The notes under the pieces: model-generated
Databases searched by the model: none
What the model saw: the letters and a program-made list of their open reading frames with translations, nothing else
What the model was told of the DNA's origin: nothing
In this document: piece by piece, positions 39,223 through 52,880 of the stretch
Layout: each line of letters starts with the position of its first letter
Numbering within the stretch: position 1 is the first letter of the stretch
Position numbers and translations under genes: made by a program
Assembly (NCBI GenBank): GCA_964016885.1
Contig: OZ024740.1
Coordinates: 298,158,001 to 298,222,000, forward strand
Reading direction: 5' to 3'
Length of the DNA: 64,000 bases
Source of the DNA: Eledone cirrhosa
Taxonomy: Eukaryota

Positions 39223-39478
39223 TAATCCTGTTGATTCTAAACTGCCTGAAACTGCCCCAAAGAGCTGTTTATTTCAAAGTACTTATATTTATCTAAAAAC
39301 CTTCCATCACAATTTTATGTAAGAAGTTTTGTAAAGTTGTGCTCCAAACACATCTGCTTAATGAGAAATTAGTTATTTTATTAAATCCTTCTTAATCTAA
39401 ATTCTTGATAATTTTCAGAATGATTTGAAAATCATAGGCAATGTCTTTCTTTAGAAATTTGATAATAAATGGGTTAAA
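39223..39478. mobile_element. TTAA-flanked piggyBac-like MITE family (old)
   Basis: ttaatcc...gggttaa ends; related copies near 27227-27470, 33813-34048, 43478-44029 and 55203-55423. Confidence 0.45.
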
Positions 39479-41379
39479 TACCAGAGTTCACTGTCAAGTC
39501 TTAATAGTACATCCAAACTACAGTACCTCCAATCAAGCAATATAACTTCACTTGCCCCAGTTTCACTGGCTGACATGAAAGCAACTATTTTTTACTTTAT
39601 AGTCAAGTATTCTCATCATGTTCCTGCAACTGGTGCAGCCAGTTATTGGGGTGCCACTTAAGATGCTTTTGTAGTCAGTTGTCACCATTGGTCTCTAATT
39701 TCCATCATGCATAGAAGACTGAGTTGTGACCAGTCCAGTCTTTGATGTTGTCGGACCAGGATTTTCGTTGTCTGCCTCTTCTTTGCCTTCCCTCGGCTGT
39801 GCCCTGGAGGATGGTTTTGGACAAGGAGATGTATAAGCAGTTTAAAACTGGAATAATCTTTGTTGCCTTGAGGAAGAAGAAAAGTCTAACATTCCAAGCA
39901 GTACTATTTGTTGGAGTTGCTTCACAATCATTAGATCCCAGGTTCAATCCCACTACCTAGAATCTTGGGCAAGTGCTATTTACCATAGTCATGGGTTGAC
40001 CCATGCCTTATGAGCAAAATTGGGTAGACAGAAACCGTTTGGAAGACCATTAGATGGATTGTACCTGTAATTCAAAGACCCAGCCATGTCACACACTGTG
40101 TCATGCTGAATCTTCCTGAAAATTACATTATTGGCTTATGTGTCTGTGGAATGCTCAGCCACTTACACATTCATTTCACAAGTGTGCTGTTATCTTGATC
40201 AAACAACTGGAACATTCATTGTCAAAAAGGATCCAAATCCATTCCATTTGTCAAAGAGTTCTGCCTAAGATGTTAGATTTTCTTCTTCACAGCAAATCAG
40301 TTTATTCCCCTTTTAGATTGTTTATACTCAATATTCTTGGGTCCCACATAATGAGGGGGATCGATACTTTTTCTAGGTTATCTCTGTTGATTTTTTTAAA
40401 AACCAGAATGAGTCGTTTAGTTTATATATTGAAACCCCAACCCATCCTATTTATTTTATAACATATTGGATTTCTAATAATGTTCTTTTTTTTTTCATGT
40501 ATAATGTTCTTTAATGTCTAAAGAAAATCAATTGTCACAGGAATGCTACCACTTAAAATAAAATTTCGCTAGTGATAGATTAGCAAAATTTAATAAGTGG
40601 AGGGAGAGGGGATGGGATCTGAAAAATGATTGTGATCCCAACACCCTAACCACTAAGCCACACACCTTTCCATTGTAAATAGGGAACTGTTGGAAGGGCC
40701 TCCAATCAGATGTAAAAAAAAAAAAAGAACATTGTTCGACAAATAAACATCCTACTCAAAACTAAATGGGTGACAGCAGGAAGAAACATCTGTCTGGCTG
40801 ACAAAAAAATTTTCTGAAAAATAATCCATATCCTCATTGTTGGTTGAGTGTTTATGAGTCAAGAGGAACATCTATCTAGTTATAAAAACATATAGCTCTC
40901 AAAAAATGAATGACCCCTGCTCATGGTTTAGTGGTTTAATAGTTAGGAACAGACATTTATCCAGACATTAGAAATAACTGAATTAACAAATAAGCTACAC
41001 TAATCTTGATTGAGTGGTTAGTTGTGGGAAGAGACATTTATCTAACTGTAAAAACAGTAACAATGACAAATAAAATATACCACTATTTGCTGGTTGATGG
41101 TTAGTCACTGGAGCGAATTTCTATCCAGCTATAAAATCAAGTGGTCTGACAAACTATCTATATCATGATTGAGTGATTTGCAGTATAAAGAGAAACCCAT
41201 TCAATTGTAAAAACAATTAATCCAACAAATAAACCATATCACGTTTGTGTTCAATAATGAAAATATTTTTAAAAATAATAAACAAGAAGTGAGAAAAAAT
41301 AGGAGTGGTAAGAAGAAAAATTAATTAATTAAAAAACTGAAGGAGACAGCCTTTGGTTAGGCAGAACATTTCGACTATG

Positions 41380-41860
41380 CCCCGCAAAGAACAGCCAATG
41401 ACACCAGTTGCATCAGCCATTCCACCTCATGGTGGGGATCCTTCCTCAAGCTAGATGTCTGTTGGTTTTGCAGAGGAAAACAACAGTCCAAGGACCAAGG
41501 ACACAGATAGCAATTTGCTCAAAAAGGAAGCAGTCAGCCAAAGTATGGCATTTGATTATTTTCTGCTCCTTTGCAGTGCCTGGGTTTGTGGTCAAAGCAA
41601 TAATGGGTTGGCACTGAAGAACATGTTGCAGCATGTGGTATTACAAATTAATGATTTACACACTCATGGATATACACTTCCTTGAACAGGAAAAGAGTTA
41701 TCTTATTTGGGTGTCTACTGTCACTATAGTTAAGGTTGGCAAGCTCCAGTAGTGACAGGAATCCAGCCATGTCAAGGGTCCTTTTGATGGTGTTGTTCAA
41801 GGCAGCATGCCAAAGGAACCATCCTCTACTGTGGTAACAAGAGAGTGGATGCAGTAAGTA
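41380..41860 (-). mobile_element. Degenerate CRE-clade LINE (zinc knuckle plus RLE region)
   Basis: HPLSCYHSRGWFLWHAALNNTIKRTLDMAG..SLLE..NL..SD.RHPNKITLF, then KIIKCHTLAD.FLFEQIA..VLGP. Matches the CRE RH..LN.I..RAL..AG...LEP.GL...DG.RPDG.T pattern. Confidence 0.7.
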
Positions 41861-41949
41861 CATATTTTTAAAAAATGGTAATGTAAATCAGCAAAAAATA
41901 TAAATGAAATAATCATATATTTTTTCTTCTGTCTCTGTTACTTCTATAG

Positions 41950-42060
41950 GAATGGCCTATGGACTCCTTACACAGCTCCCACCAATACATGGCCTGTATG
42001 TTTCATTTTTCCCAGTTGTGTTATATTTCTTCTTTGGAAGCTCCCGGCATGTTTCCATTG
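41950..42060 (+). CDS. SLC26A5-like: SLC26 coding exon 2 (111 nt; sulfate-transporter signature)
   Basis: [38 protein letters not shown]; ctatag|...|gtaggt; phases 1/1. Confidence 0.97.
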
Positions 42061-44159
42061 GTAGGTATATATTTTGTATTACACCATTCTAAATGATTTT
42101 CTTTTTTTTCTGATGTTGCTTAATACATAAAGGTAAAAGGCCCTTAACTACTGATAAAGTCTAAGGGACGACATCATGATGCACAGTATATCTTGGACCA
42201 TTTAAACCTGGCAGAGGCCATCCCTCTCTAGGTCAGAACAGAGCTTATTTCTTCCAGAGAAAGAGAAAATCAACCTAAGTACTGGGCTGGTACTTTATTT
42301 ATCAATCTTGAAAGGATGAAAGGCAACATTGACCTGGGCAGAATTTTGAACTCAGAGTACAGTGAGCAGGAACAAATACTGAGATATTTATAATCTGGCA
42401 CTCTAATGATTCCACTAATTTTCCACTTTGCTCAATACATATATGCAAGTAATCCCAATGGAAGGAAGACGCAGTAGAGAAAACATGGGCGGAGGTGGTG
42501 AGAGCTGACCTCAGATCACTGAAGCTCACAGAGGAAATGATGAAAGACCTTGACAAATGAGGAAATGCTGTGCTGAAGAGGACCAGTCCCATCCTTGCAA
42601 GCAGGGAAAAGCTGACATAAAATGATGATGATGATATGTGTTGTTGTTGTTTAGCCCTAGATTAGTCTTGTTCCAATCATGACCATCTCATCTTTTATTC
42701 AAATAGAATCTGTATTACACTATCTAATGAATTCTTTAAAAAAAAAAAGATGTGGTTCAAGAGAGATTTGGCTGCAACATTTAACAGGTCGACTGACCAT
42801 GTTGTGGTTCACTCAGTATTTGTACAAGTATGTGTTCTGTATTGTATTATTATTTGTTATATGTGTGACCAATTAATATTTTCTTCCCCTCTTATTTTGT
42901 TAAACATATATCTATGAATATGAAAGTGAATCGACATATGTGTGTGTGTCTATGTACATAGACATGCTTCTGTACATGTGCGAATTTGTATATGTCTGGT
43001 TGTGTGAATCAATTATTATTTTAACATGCAGTTAAAATAATGTTAAACCAGTACATTTTGTATCAAATACTACATGCACTTACATTGTAATTTATGGTTA
43101 AAGAACTTAAAACACTAATATAGTATTTAAAACAGCCATTACAAAGGCTTCTCAAAGTCAGAGAATATCAAATACTCAGTCATGGCACCTGACCCAAAGA
43201 TGTGTGCAGTTCTAAAATTTCCTAAAAATAAACCTAGGTGTGAACCTGTGTTTTGAGTTAAGATAATTCTTTTCCTAGGCAGACATTACATTATATCCTT
43301 CAAACTAACATAACTCTACTTACTCTACAAATAAGTTTTATATCTTATCTCAGTAATTTCTTGGCATTTTTACACTTTATATGTTTGATAATAATTGTAG
43401 TGATGCTAACGTTATCATTGGTGATGATAGTGTTGTCAGTATTGGTAGTAATAAAGAAGGAATTATTTTAAATCTTTTGGTACCAACACATCTGAAACTG
43501 ATTCAATTTCTTTGATAAAAAATCTCATGTTAAAGTATTCACATTTAAATTATAACCTCCCACCATAATTTATACAAGAACCTTTCATTATGTTCCAAAC
43601 ACCAACTGAACAATGAAAAATTAAGTATTCAATTAAATCCTTTCAAACTCTGGATGAATTTCAAAATAACTGAAACACATGGATTAATCATGTCATGACA
43701 AAAAGCACCCAGGCCACACTGTAAAGTGGTTGTGTAGGTGTCACAAAAAAAGCACCCAGTCCACACTGTAAAATGGTCATGTAGGTGTCACAATAAAAAG
43801 CATCCAGTACACACTGTAAATGTGGTTGGCGTTAGCAAGGGCATCCAACCATAGAAACCAAGGCAAAATCAGTTCGGTATGAGCAGCATATGGTTGTCTG
43901 ACCTGGCTTATCTGACAACAGGACAACTCGTCTAACCCATTCTCGCATGGAAAATGGATGTTAAATGGTGATAATGATGATCTGTGTTTCAATTTATTTC
44001 ATTAAAAATATGGTTGCAAAAGGGTTAATAACTGATGTTGGTGGCAATAGATATATGAATCATTTCTTCTAATAGTAAGCTACTTATGTTTAATCATATA
44101 TTTAATTTTAATGCTAATTAATATATTGATTTTTGTTTTTAATGTTTGTATTCTTGAAG

Positions 44160-44428
44160 GAACATTTGCTGTAGTGTGTTTAATGGTTGGTGCAGCTGTC
44201 GACAAAAATTACAGCAAGCTAGCCAATAGAGATGTTACAATGATGCCAACAACAAACATCACTTCTTCCACTACGAGCATTATGGAATCCTCTATGGCCA
44301 ACTTTACAGAAAGCTTCACTGAGACTAGTTCTGTACCTACAAATATCATTACTGACGATAATGAAGAGACTGACCCAGTAAAATTGGGAATAGCTATGGC
44401 AGTTACCTTCCTTGTTGGATGTATCCAG
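44160..44428 (+). CDS. SLC26A5-like: SLC26 coding exon 3 (269 nt; TM3, Ser/Thr-rich loop, TM4)
   Basis: GTFAVVCLMVGAAVDK...DPVKLGIAMAVTFLVGCIQ; ttgaag|...|gtaacc. Confidence 0.95.
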
Positions 44429-46258
44429 GTAACCATTCTATTAAACCAAACTTTTTGAATACAAATAAAGATAGTTATTAGAAGAGACACCTAAGTGATG
44501 ATTTGTATTGTTATAGATCAGACTGAAAATAAAAGCTGAATAGGTTATTGCTTTTGTTTTTCTGGCTGTGTAGACACTGGCTAGCTCTGTGTGAACAGAT
44601 CTATGGCATATGAATATTGATCAAATCCTCCAACTAGTTCAAAACGACTCTACCCACTCCAGCATGCAGTAGTATATTCTAGGGAGAGTTATTTTGCAGA
44701 GTAAACATATTTTCCTTTTTGTCCTGTAGTGATTATTTTAACATGGAGTTGACCTGTGATTATTTTAACATGGAGTTGCTTGTGCAGTTTTAAATCTTAT
44801 TTTATGCAGTAAGTTCACATACTACATGTGTTCACGATAGTAATTGATATTTAACAACCATAAAATGTTGAAAATATTCATTACAAATGCTTCTCAGACT
44901 CTGAACATGAAACACTTGGTCGTGACATCTGCCTCAATGACTTATATCCATTACAAATGCTTCTCAGACTCAAAAAATATCAATCACTGAGTCATGGCAC
45001 CTGTAGTTTTAAAATTTTCTTTAAAATGAACCCTGTTCCCTCATTGGTTTTGTGCATTTACTGTTCTTTATCACTATGATATCCTACAACCACTGTGTAG
45101 TGACGAAGACCACTGAATGCCATACTATATGACTTAATGTCTTCAACTAGTTAGAGGCATATCACCTTTTATACATGCATACATTCACTGCACTTGCAGG
45201 TTCTCATTATCATTGGCAGCATTATTATCATCATCATTTTAAGTCCACTTTCCTTGCTGGCAAATGTTGGGCTGGTTGTCACTGTCTGTGACTAGGCAGG
45301 TTGGGGAGCCATGCCTTACTCATACATTTCATGTTGGCGTGGTTCCTATGGCCAATCACATTGCAGAGTATACTGGGTACTTTTATCAGGGAGTTAGCCA
45401 TACCATTTTACAGTGTCTATAGGTGTATTTTATCATCATACCAGCACTATAGAGACTGTCATATTGTCAGCTAAACTAAAGAATTCTCTATATCTTATAT
45501 TGTCTTTGTTATTAGGTACTCACCATGCAAAGAGGATTCTTTTCTCTGTGATGTCTTGGTCATTCCATAGAGGCTATAAGGGGCATCTCATGTGGTCTTC
45601 TATATGAGGAAACTCTTTCAGCTTGTTTTATATCATTTAGTCTCTTTTTATGGTTCCAACCATTTAGCTATGACCTTACTGAGGCACCAAAACCCAAGAT
45701 AAATCATCAATGTGTTGAACTTTGGGGAATCATCTAGAAATTGAATCTGTGAATTCTTTCACAGTCTATCATATTTCAACACATTTGCAGATTGTGGAGA
45801 ACTGTACCCGCTTCAAACCTTTGTTACTTAAAGTGGATGCAACATGGCCGAATGGTTAAGAGGTTTGTTTCACAATCATAAGGCCCCAGGTTCGATCCTA
45901 CTATATAACATCTTGGGCACATGTCATTTATCATAGTTTCAGGTTGACCCATGTCTTGTGAATGAAATTGGGCTGATGGAAGCTGTTTCAAAGCCTGTCA
46001 GACAGATTGTACCTATAATTCAAATGGCCAGCCTTGTCACACATGGTGTCATGCTGAATCTCCCTGAGGATTAATGTTATGGATATATGTATCTGTAGAA
46101 TGCTCAGCCACTTACAAATTAATTTCACAAGCAGGCTGTTCTATTGATCAAACAACTGAAACACATGTCAAAACCAACAGAGGTCCACCTCTCCCACATT
46201 AAAACACATGCACACACACACACACACATTTATTTATTGTATTTTTTTGTTTTTCTAG

Positions 46259-46423
46259 TTGTTAATGGGTGTCCTACATTTGGGATTTGTGACAACATTC
46301 TTATCTGATCCATTAGTGAGTGGATTCACCACAGGTGCTGCTTGTCATGTGTTCACCAGTCAGATAAAACATATTTTTGGAGTGAAGATGGGTCAATACA
46401 GCGGTCCATTGAAGTTGATCTAT
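46259..46423 (+). CDS. SLC26A5-like: SLC26 coding exon 4 (165 nt)
   Basis: LLMGVLHLGFVTTFLSDPLVSGFTTGAACHVFTSQIKHIFGV...LIY; ttctag|...|gtaagt. Confidence 0.97.
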
Positions 46424-48342
46424 GTAAGTATTATACATATTTTACAGTAATATGTTCTGTTCATATGATATAAAGGCAGTGAATTGACAGAGTCATTAGG
46501 GCATCATATTAAATGCCTACCATATTTGTACTAGTTCAATGCTCTCTGAGTTCAAATCCCACCACAGTCCACTTTGCTTTCCATCCTCTTGATGTTGATA
46601 AATGAAGTACTGGTTTAGTGCTGAGGTTGATTATTCTTCTAACTCTCTTTATCACTTTCTCTCTCTTTCTTTCTATGGAAGAAATTTGTTGTGTTCTGAC
46701 TTTGAGAGGGGTTTGTGTCAGGACACCACCCCTAAATGACTTTAGGGCACTTTATCTTTTTTATATCAAGCCAAATTAAGTTCTGTTAAATTTACTAAAT
46801 TAGATCAAGAATTAGCTCAGTTTCATGAAAACATAATACATAGTCATTCTTCTTCTTCTTGTCATATGACATATGCACAATTGTTAGATAGACAGATTGA
46901 GATTGGTGATCCAGACTAAGGCGTCATTTGTAGTATTATGCATTGCCTCTAAGCCACCAGGTAAATGCATGCAGGGACAATCTCAAAGAACATGGATCAG
47001 GGTCTGGTCAGGGTCCTGGCATATGTTGTGCAGATCCGATTAAGGAACACCAATTGCATTCTAGGAAGGTCAAAGCCATAGTAGATGGCAACCTTCACGT
47101 GGTCCACCCTGTACGGAATTCATTCTAACTAATGCCATTGTTCAATATATGCACAACCTGTACATAGTAATTAGGACATCAGATTCAATGCACTGCACTT
47201 GCAGTTCAAATTCTACAGAGGTCAACTTTACCTTTCATCATTTTAAGGTTACTCTCTCTCCTTCTCTGGAAGAAATTGACTATGTTCAGATCTGGAAAGG
47301 GATAGGCTCTGCCAAGTTTAGAATGTACAAGATGTGCCATGAGTCAGGGTGACAGCCCTATAACTCTATCAGGAGTTAAAGGCTTTTACTTTTCCTTTCA
47401 ATTAATATCACATTCATACACATGTAAACCTTCATGGAGGTTTTATTGTCTATATCTCCATGTAAGGTGTCATGTTAGATAGAATGGTTTGTAATATTTG
47501 TTTTGGCTCTCTGCACTCTGACTTCAAATCCCACTGAGGTCAACTTTGCCTTTCATCCTTTCGATAGTTCTACCTGTTACTGGTTTCAGTCTTTTGTTTC
47601 CTTAAATATCACACACAAACACTTGCACACTAGCATACATGAACATTTACATACATCCACATACTAACACACAGTAACCTTAGCACAAAATCTACATCCA
47701 CTGTAACACTAATTCAAATACACAAACACTAAAACAAACACCCTAATACACATACACACATACATGTACGCTAACACATATACATGTACACTAACACACA
47801 TCATCATCATCATCATATATCCGCTTTTCCCTGCTTGCAAGGGTGGGATGGGTCCTATTCAGCACAGCATCTCTCCACTTGTCGTGGTCCTTCGTCATCT
47901 CCACTGTGAGCTTCAGCGATCTGAGGTCTGCTCTCAACACCTCCGCCCATGTTTTTCGTGGTCTTCCTCTACTATGTCTTCCTTCAACTGGCATTTCTTA
48001 GCACTTCTTTACCCAGTGGTCATCCTCCATTCGCATCACATTCGCATACCATCGCAGTCTTCTCTCTCGCACACTACAACTTATCCCTCTTAAACACAGT
48101 TTCTCCCTCAACACATCCATGCTCGGTCGTTCACGCACATTGACATTGCACATCCAACATACATTAATATATACATGTACACTAACACGTGTTCACACAC
48201 ACGGATATATATGCATTTTCTTCTACTTTTCAGTTCTAATTTGTATTCTTGTTGTTTGATATCTCTCTCTCGTTCTCTCTCTTCGTCTCTCACTCACTTT
48301 CTCTCGATTGATCTTGATCTTGTTTTTTATTTTAATTACTAG

Positions 48343-48504
48343 TCTTACCGAGATTTCTTTAGTAACATACCTCAGACAAACCCTGTTACTGTTGGAGTGT
48401 CGGCATCATCCATTCTCATCCTGGCTGTCGTTAAAGAACACATCAACAACAACCCCAAGATCAAACCAAAGCTGAAGATGCCGGTTCCAATTGAACTAAT
48501 AATA
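48343..48504 (+). CDS. SLC26A5-like: SLC26 coding exon 5 (162 nt)
   Basis: SYRDFFSNIPQTNPVTVG...KLKMPVPIELII; tactag|...|gtaagt. Confidence 0.95.
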
Positions 48505-48535
48505 GTAAGTTTTATAGAACCTTCACACAGTTTGA

Positions 48536-49382
48536 ATCCTACAACCAGCAATTCCCATTATTTTCCCTACAATTCCCATTATTTTCCCTACACCTAATAC
48601 ACAACCACCCACTAACAATCAGTATGCACAAAACACACTCACACACACATCCCAGCACACCTATAACTCCACCACTGCCCATAACAGAAATTGTAATTGC
48701 CACCTTCCAGAGACTTGTCCATTGAATAACGAATGTTTGCATTCAAACCTAGTATACAGGTGCTCGGTTGAGTCGGACAACCAAACCTGGTACTACATAG
48801 GCAGCACTGCAAACACCTTCAAAACTCGTTGGTACACGCATCGTTACGCAATAAAGCACCACCAACACCGTTACGTAACGACTCTCGCCGACAAAATTTG
48901 GCACTTAAAAGGGAGTAACCGACAATACACCCTTAAATGGACCAAACTCTCACATGCTCCTCCATACCGGAGTGGGATGAAAACGTGCCCGTTGTGTAAT
49001 AATGAGCTCTTCCATATTCTAAGCTCAAGCCACCAACTACTCAACAACAAAATTGAAAGGTCAATTTTTTGCCAGCATAAACTGAAAGCGAAATTCTCAC
49101 ACTTCAAACCTTCAACCAAATCCTAACACTACCTATCTTTCTACCCTAAATAACAATTCTACACCCCTAAAAATAGACTATATATGAAATTTAATACTTT
49201 CTTCCTTCATCTGTTCTCTGGTAAGACTTTCGCCTGTCCACTTCCAAATGCCTCTTAAAATTCTATCTTCCTTCTCTCTCCCTCTACTCATCACAACTTT
49301 TAGCACACATCCCTCCTCCCCCTCCATATGCAAATCCTCTCACACCACACTATCTCTTTCTCTTTCTCTCCCTTCCTCTATC

Positions 49383-49431
<49 letters not shown>

Positions 49432-49795
49432 TCTTTTGCCCCTCTCTCTCTCTCTGTTCCTCTATCTTACACTACTACCCTTTATTTCATTTCCTAAGGT
49501 CATTCCAACTTTGTATTTTGAAAATTCAGATGCCACAGTATCTTTCTTGATTGCCTATTATAACATAGTGTAGCAATAATGGACTGAAATTCTGATGAAA
49601 CAATTGTAAATACGTGGATTAAATTCTTTTGTAATTGTTTACCTTCGTCCTATTTCTCTTCTTTGATTACACTCCTCGTTTGTTCGTGTTTCCACTACAG
49701 AATCCCTACCAACCTGTCGAGTCACCTTAACGTATGTTGAGAACTTTCCTCACAACTTGTTCTACCAAGCTTTGGAATACTCCTAATAACTGAAT
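48536..49795 (+). mobile_element. 5'-truncated Penelope-like element: GIY-YIG endonuclease ORF end (stop 49126) plus pLTR
   Basis: CNCHLPETCPLNNECLHSNLVYRC...YYIGSTANTFKTRWYTH...TTLADKIWHLK...KW...CPLCNNE...LLN...C.HK; degenerate hammerhead downstream. Confidence 0.9.
49513..49613 (+). ncRNA. Degenerate type I hammerhead in the Penelope pLTR
   Basis: Stem I GTATT/AATAC; core TTGAAAA (two changes from CTGAAGA); stem II TCAGA...TCTGA; GAAA CAATTG TA, the same stem III as at 2275. Confidence 0.5.
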
Positions 49796-49808
49796 ATATA
49801 TATATATA

Positions 49809-51113
49809 TCATCATCATCATCATCAACGTTTAACGTCCGTGTTCCACGCTTGCATGGGTTTGGACGGGGGTAGTCCCACTTGAGGCAAGAGTGATTGTC
49901 TTGCTCGCATAGGACTGTCTGGCAGGTTTTCTACAGTTGGATGCCCTTCCTAACACCAACCACATTTACAGTGAGGGTCTGGGAGGTTTTTACCGTGTTG
50001 CCTACACGGCCACATTACAGCGTGGACTGTGTGTTTTTTTTGTCGTGACACCTACACAATCTCATTTGTTTCGGCCTGGATGGCGCGGCACCAACATAAC
50101 TTTACATAGAACGGGGTGGTGTGGATGGGGTGGGGGTGGGGGTGGTGGGACGGGGTGTATTTTGTTAGAGATGCCTACTGGCTGGAGTAGGTTTTACTAT
50201 ATATTTAGGTAAGGCGGGTCTTCTCTGTTACTGAGTACCGCCAAAGGTCTCGGTCCAGTGACATTGTCTTGGAGAGGTGTAAGTGTGTGATGTCGGAGTT
50301 TATCAGCTCGTCTCAGGTTTTTCTAGGTCTGCCTATTCCGTGACTACCGTCTATCTTTATTGCCCTGCACTTTGTTATACAGCTATCGACTTTCATGCGC
50401 ATCACGTGTCCATACCAACGTAGCCTTCTCTCGAGTAAACAACATCTGATCCCTCTTATCTCTAATTTTTTCCTTAGTTCGTTTATGCTTTGCCGTTCAC
50501 GTATATTACTGTTACACATCCAGCGTAGCATGCAAGCTTCGTTCCTCTCTAGTCTGCGTATATCCTCTGCACACAATGCCCAGGTCTCACTGCCATGCAG
50601 CATTGCTGTTCGTATGCAGGCATCGTACAACCTGCCTTTCATTTTTAGGGAGAACCCTTTAGCAGCTAATAGTGGTATAAGCTCTCTGAACTTTTTCCAA
50701 CCAGTTCTGACTCTAGCTACAGTACTTTCAGAGCACCCTCCCCCACTGCTGATTTTATCGCCCAGGTAACGGAAGCTGTCCACTATTTCTATAGAACCCT
50801 CTGCGCAATTGAAAGAGCTAGTATTTTGTGGGCACTTGCTGCTACTTATTGCACCAGAACACCGGCCACATGTAAAATCTATGTTCTTAGTTAGCTTACC
50901 TGTGATCCCACTACATCTTTTATGCACCCATACTTTGCATTTAGGACATAAAATGGAGTTTCTACCTACGCCTTTCCTACACACCGAGCACGACCATTTC
51001 CCAGAAGGGATCGCCGCCTTGTTTTCTTTCCTACAAACTAGAACTTTGGTCTTAGCCAGGTTAATTTTAAGTCCTTTTGACTCTAGGCCGTGCTTCCATG
51101 TTTGGAATTTCTT
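49809..51113 (-). mobile_element. 5'-truncated RTE LINE family 2 with SINE-like 3'UTR
   Basis: ORF 50313-50984: CRKGVGRNSILC..C..WVHKRC...VDSFRYLGD...WYGHVMRM; 3'UTR contains 'ggttggtgttaggaagggcatcc'; (GAT)n tail. Confidence 0.9.
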
Positions 51114-51180
51114 CTATATATATATAAAATGACAACAGAAAGCCATACTGGAAAATATGTTGTAAATTTTAATTCCGTGA

Positions 51181-51257
51181 AATCACTATACATATTTCAA
51201 TGGCCCAGTTCCATCATCCAATTATGATGCAAGACAGGACGGTCTCATCAGGTAACT
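51181..51257 (-). ncRNA. Type I hammerhead ribozyme motif
   Basis: Minus strand: AGTTAC CTGATGA [imperfect stem II with catcat/atgatg] GAAA TATGTA TA GTGATT; stem I AGTTAC/GTGATT. Confidence 0.6.
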
Positions 51258-52089
51258 TTGACAGAATTAAAAAACACGGTTACGTAGAACCCATATTCAT
51301 CGTAGAAGAGAATAGCAAGTTGAAAAATTGACAAGTGACGATAGAAAAAGAAAATTTGACTTGAAGACTGCCAGCAAAAGGAGTGTTATATTGTCTGCAG
51401 ACAAGCAGTCTCCAAGTAAAACTTGTCTGTTCTCGTTTTAAATACTTTATTCCGTTTCCTGCGCCAACCACTAGATACCACATCAATGATGGGTGACATC
51501 CATAATGTCAAATGCTTTAGTAATTTGTTGCATCCAGAACCCCCAGTGCTACAATTAGATGATCAAAATAACTTAAATGGTATATATATATATATATATA
51601 TTGGAAAATGTGTGAAATCCTTGGTACAGTTAGGTATATTTGAAAAAAGGAAAAGAATTACTTCACTTGTAGTTTTAAACAATTTAATTTTATAAAATTT
51701 CCAAACCCATGCAAGCGTGGAAGATGGACGTTAAACGATGATGATGATGAATATCATAATTTTACAATTTGGTTTTGTAGATCTAGTAAGTTCTTTGTTA
51801 ACTTTGGTGGGGAGATTTTTATAAGATTCCTGGTTAACTTTCCTGGAAAACTTTCTCACATTCATCAGTGGCAATCACCTGGGCTGCTATATGCTAAACT
51901 AATTTTTAATACTTTCATAACTTAGTCCATCAATTTTATGTGTCTAGCTGCTTTTTTTCTAGACTATCTTCTTATGTATCATCATCATCATTTTCTATCC
52001 GTTTTCTATGCTGGCATCATCATATGCTGTCTGTTGATATCAATGAGGAGTATCCTATTTATTCAAGGACAAATAAAACAATATAGTGA

Positions 52090-52880
52090 TTATTATAATT
52101 GTATTTAATCATCAATATAGCCATGCCTTTTTTTTAAGTTAGTCCAAATTTATCCAAATGACTTTACAAACAGATGGTAATTGGAAGAAACAAGGTCTGG
52201 GGGAACACCAGGGATGAAGCATTTTCTCCCAGTTCTTCTCAGAGATTTTATGCCACTCATACAGCATGGGATCGTGTGTTATAATGGTGAACGATGATTC
52301 CTTTTCTGTCTGCTAAAGATGGACGTTTTATGTCCAAAGCTGCTTTTAAACATCTTAGCTCTTGGCAGTAAACTTTGGCTGTGATTGTTTGATTATTGTT
52401 TAATAACTTGTAATAAACAGTTCCTTGCATATCACACAATACTCAGAAGAATCTTCCTCTGATATTGACTTGCTCTTGGCTGCCGAGCAGGCTTTTCATT
52501 ATGACTAAGTCACTGATACCTTCATTTAACATTGTGGTGAAGGATCTACTTCTTGTCCCCAGTAATGATTTTGTCTATAAAAGGCATTTTAAGCTGACAG
52601 GAATGTACTGATGCACAATAAGAGATTTTCTGGTAACTGGACAGGTGAAACCTATTTCCTAACATTTTATACTTTTCCAAGCTTTCATGATGAACAGTCA
52701 TATGATTAACTTTGAAATGTCTGATAAATTCCCTAACTGTAATGGTAGGATTGGCTGCAACAGTTGCTGGCAGTGCTTCAAAATCAAGTCCTCTTGAGTG
52801 ATATTCTCTTGACACATCCTTCAAACTGATTTCCCCTTTGCTGGAATGGGAAAAACCATCTCTTACTTTTGAGTTGTAAA
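52090..52880 (-). mobile_element. Mariner (DD34D) transposase pseudogene
   Basis: PFIDKIITGDKK; DMQGTVYYKLLNNNQTITAKVYCQELRCLKAALDIKRPSLADRKGIIVHHYNTRSH; PDL..SNYHLF-like motif; stops and frameshifts. Confidence 0.85.

Noticed and set aside
48343-49126. SLC26-GIY-YIG read-through fusion
   Set aside because: The frames differ; the exon 5 frame stops at 48597.
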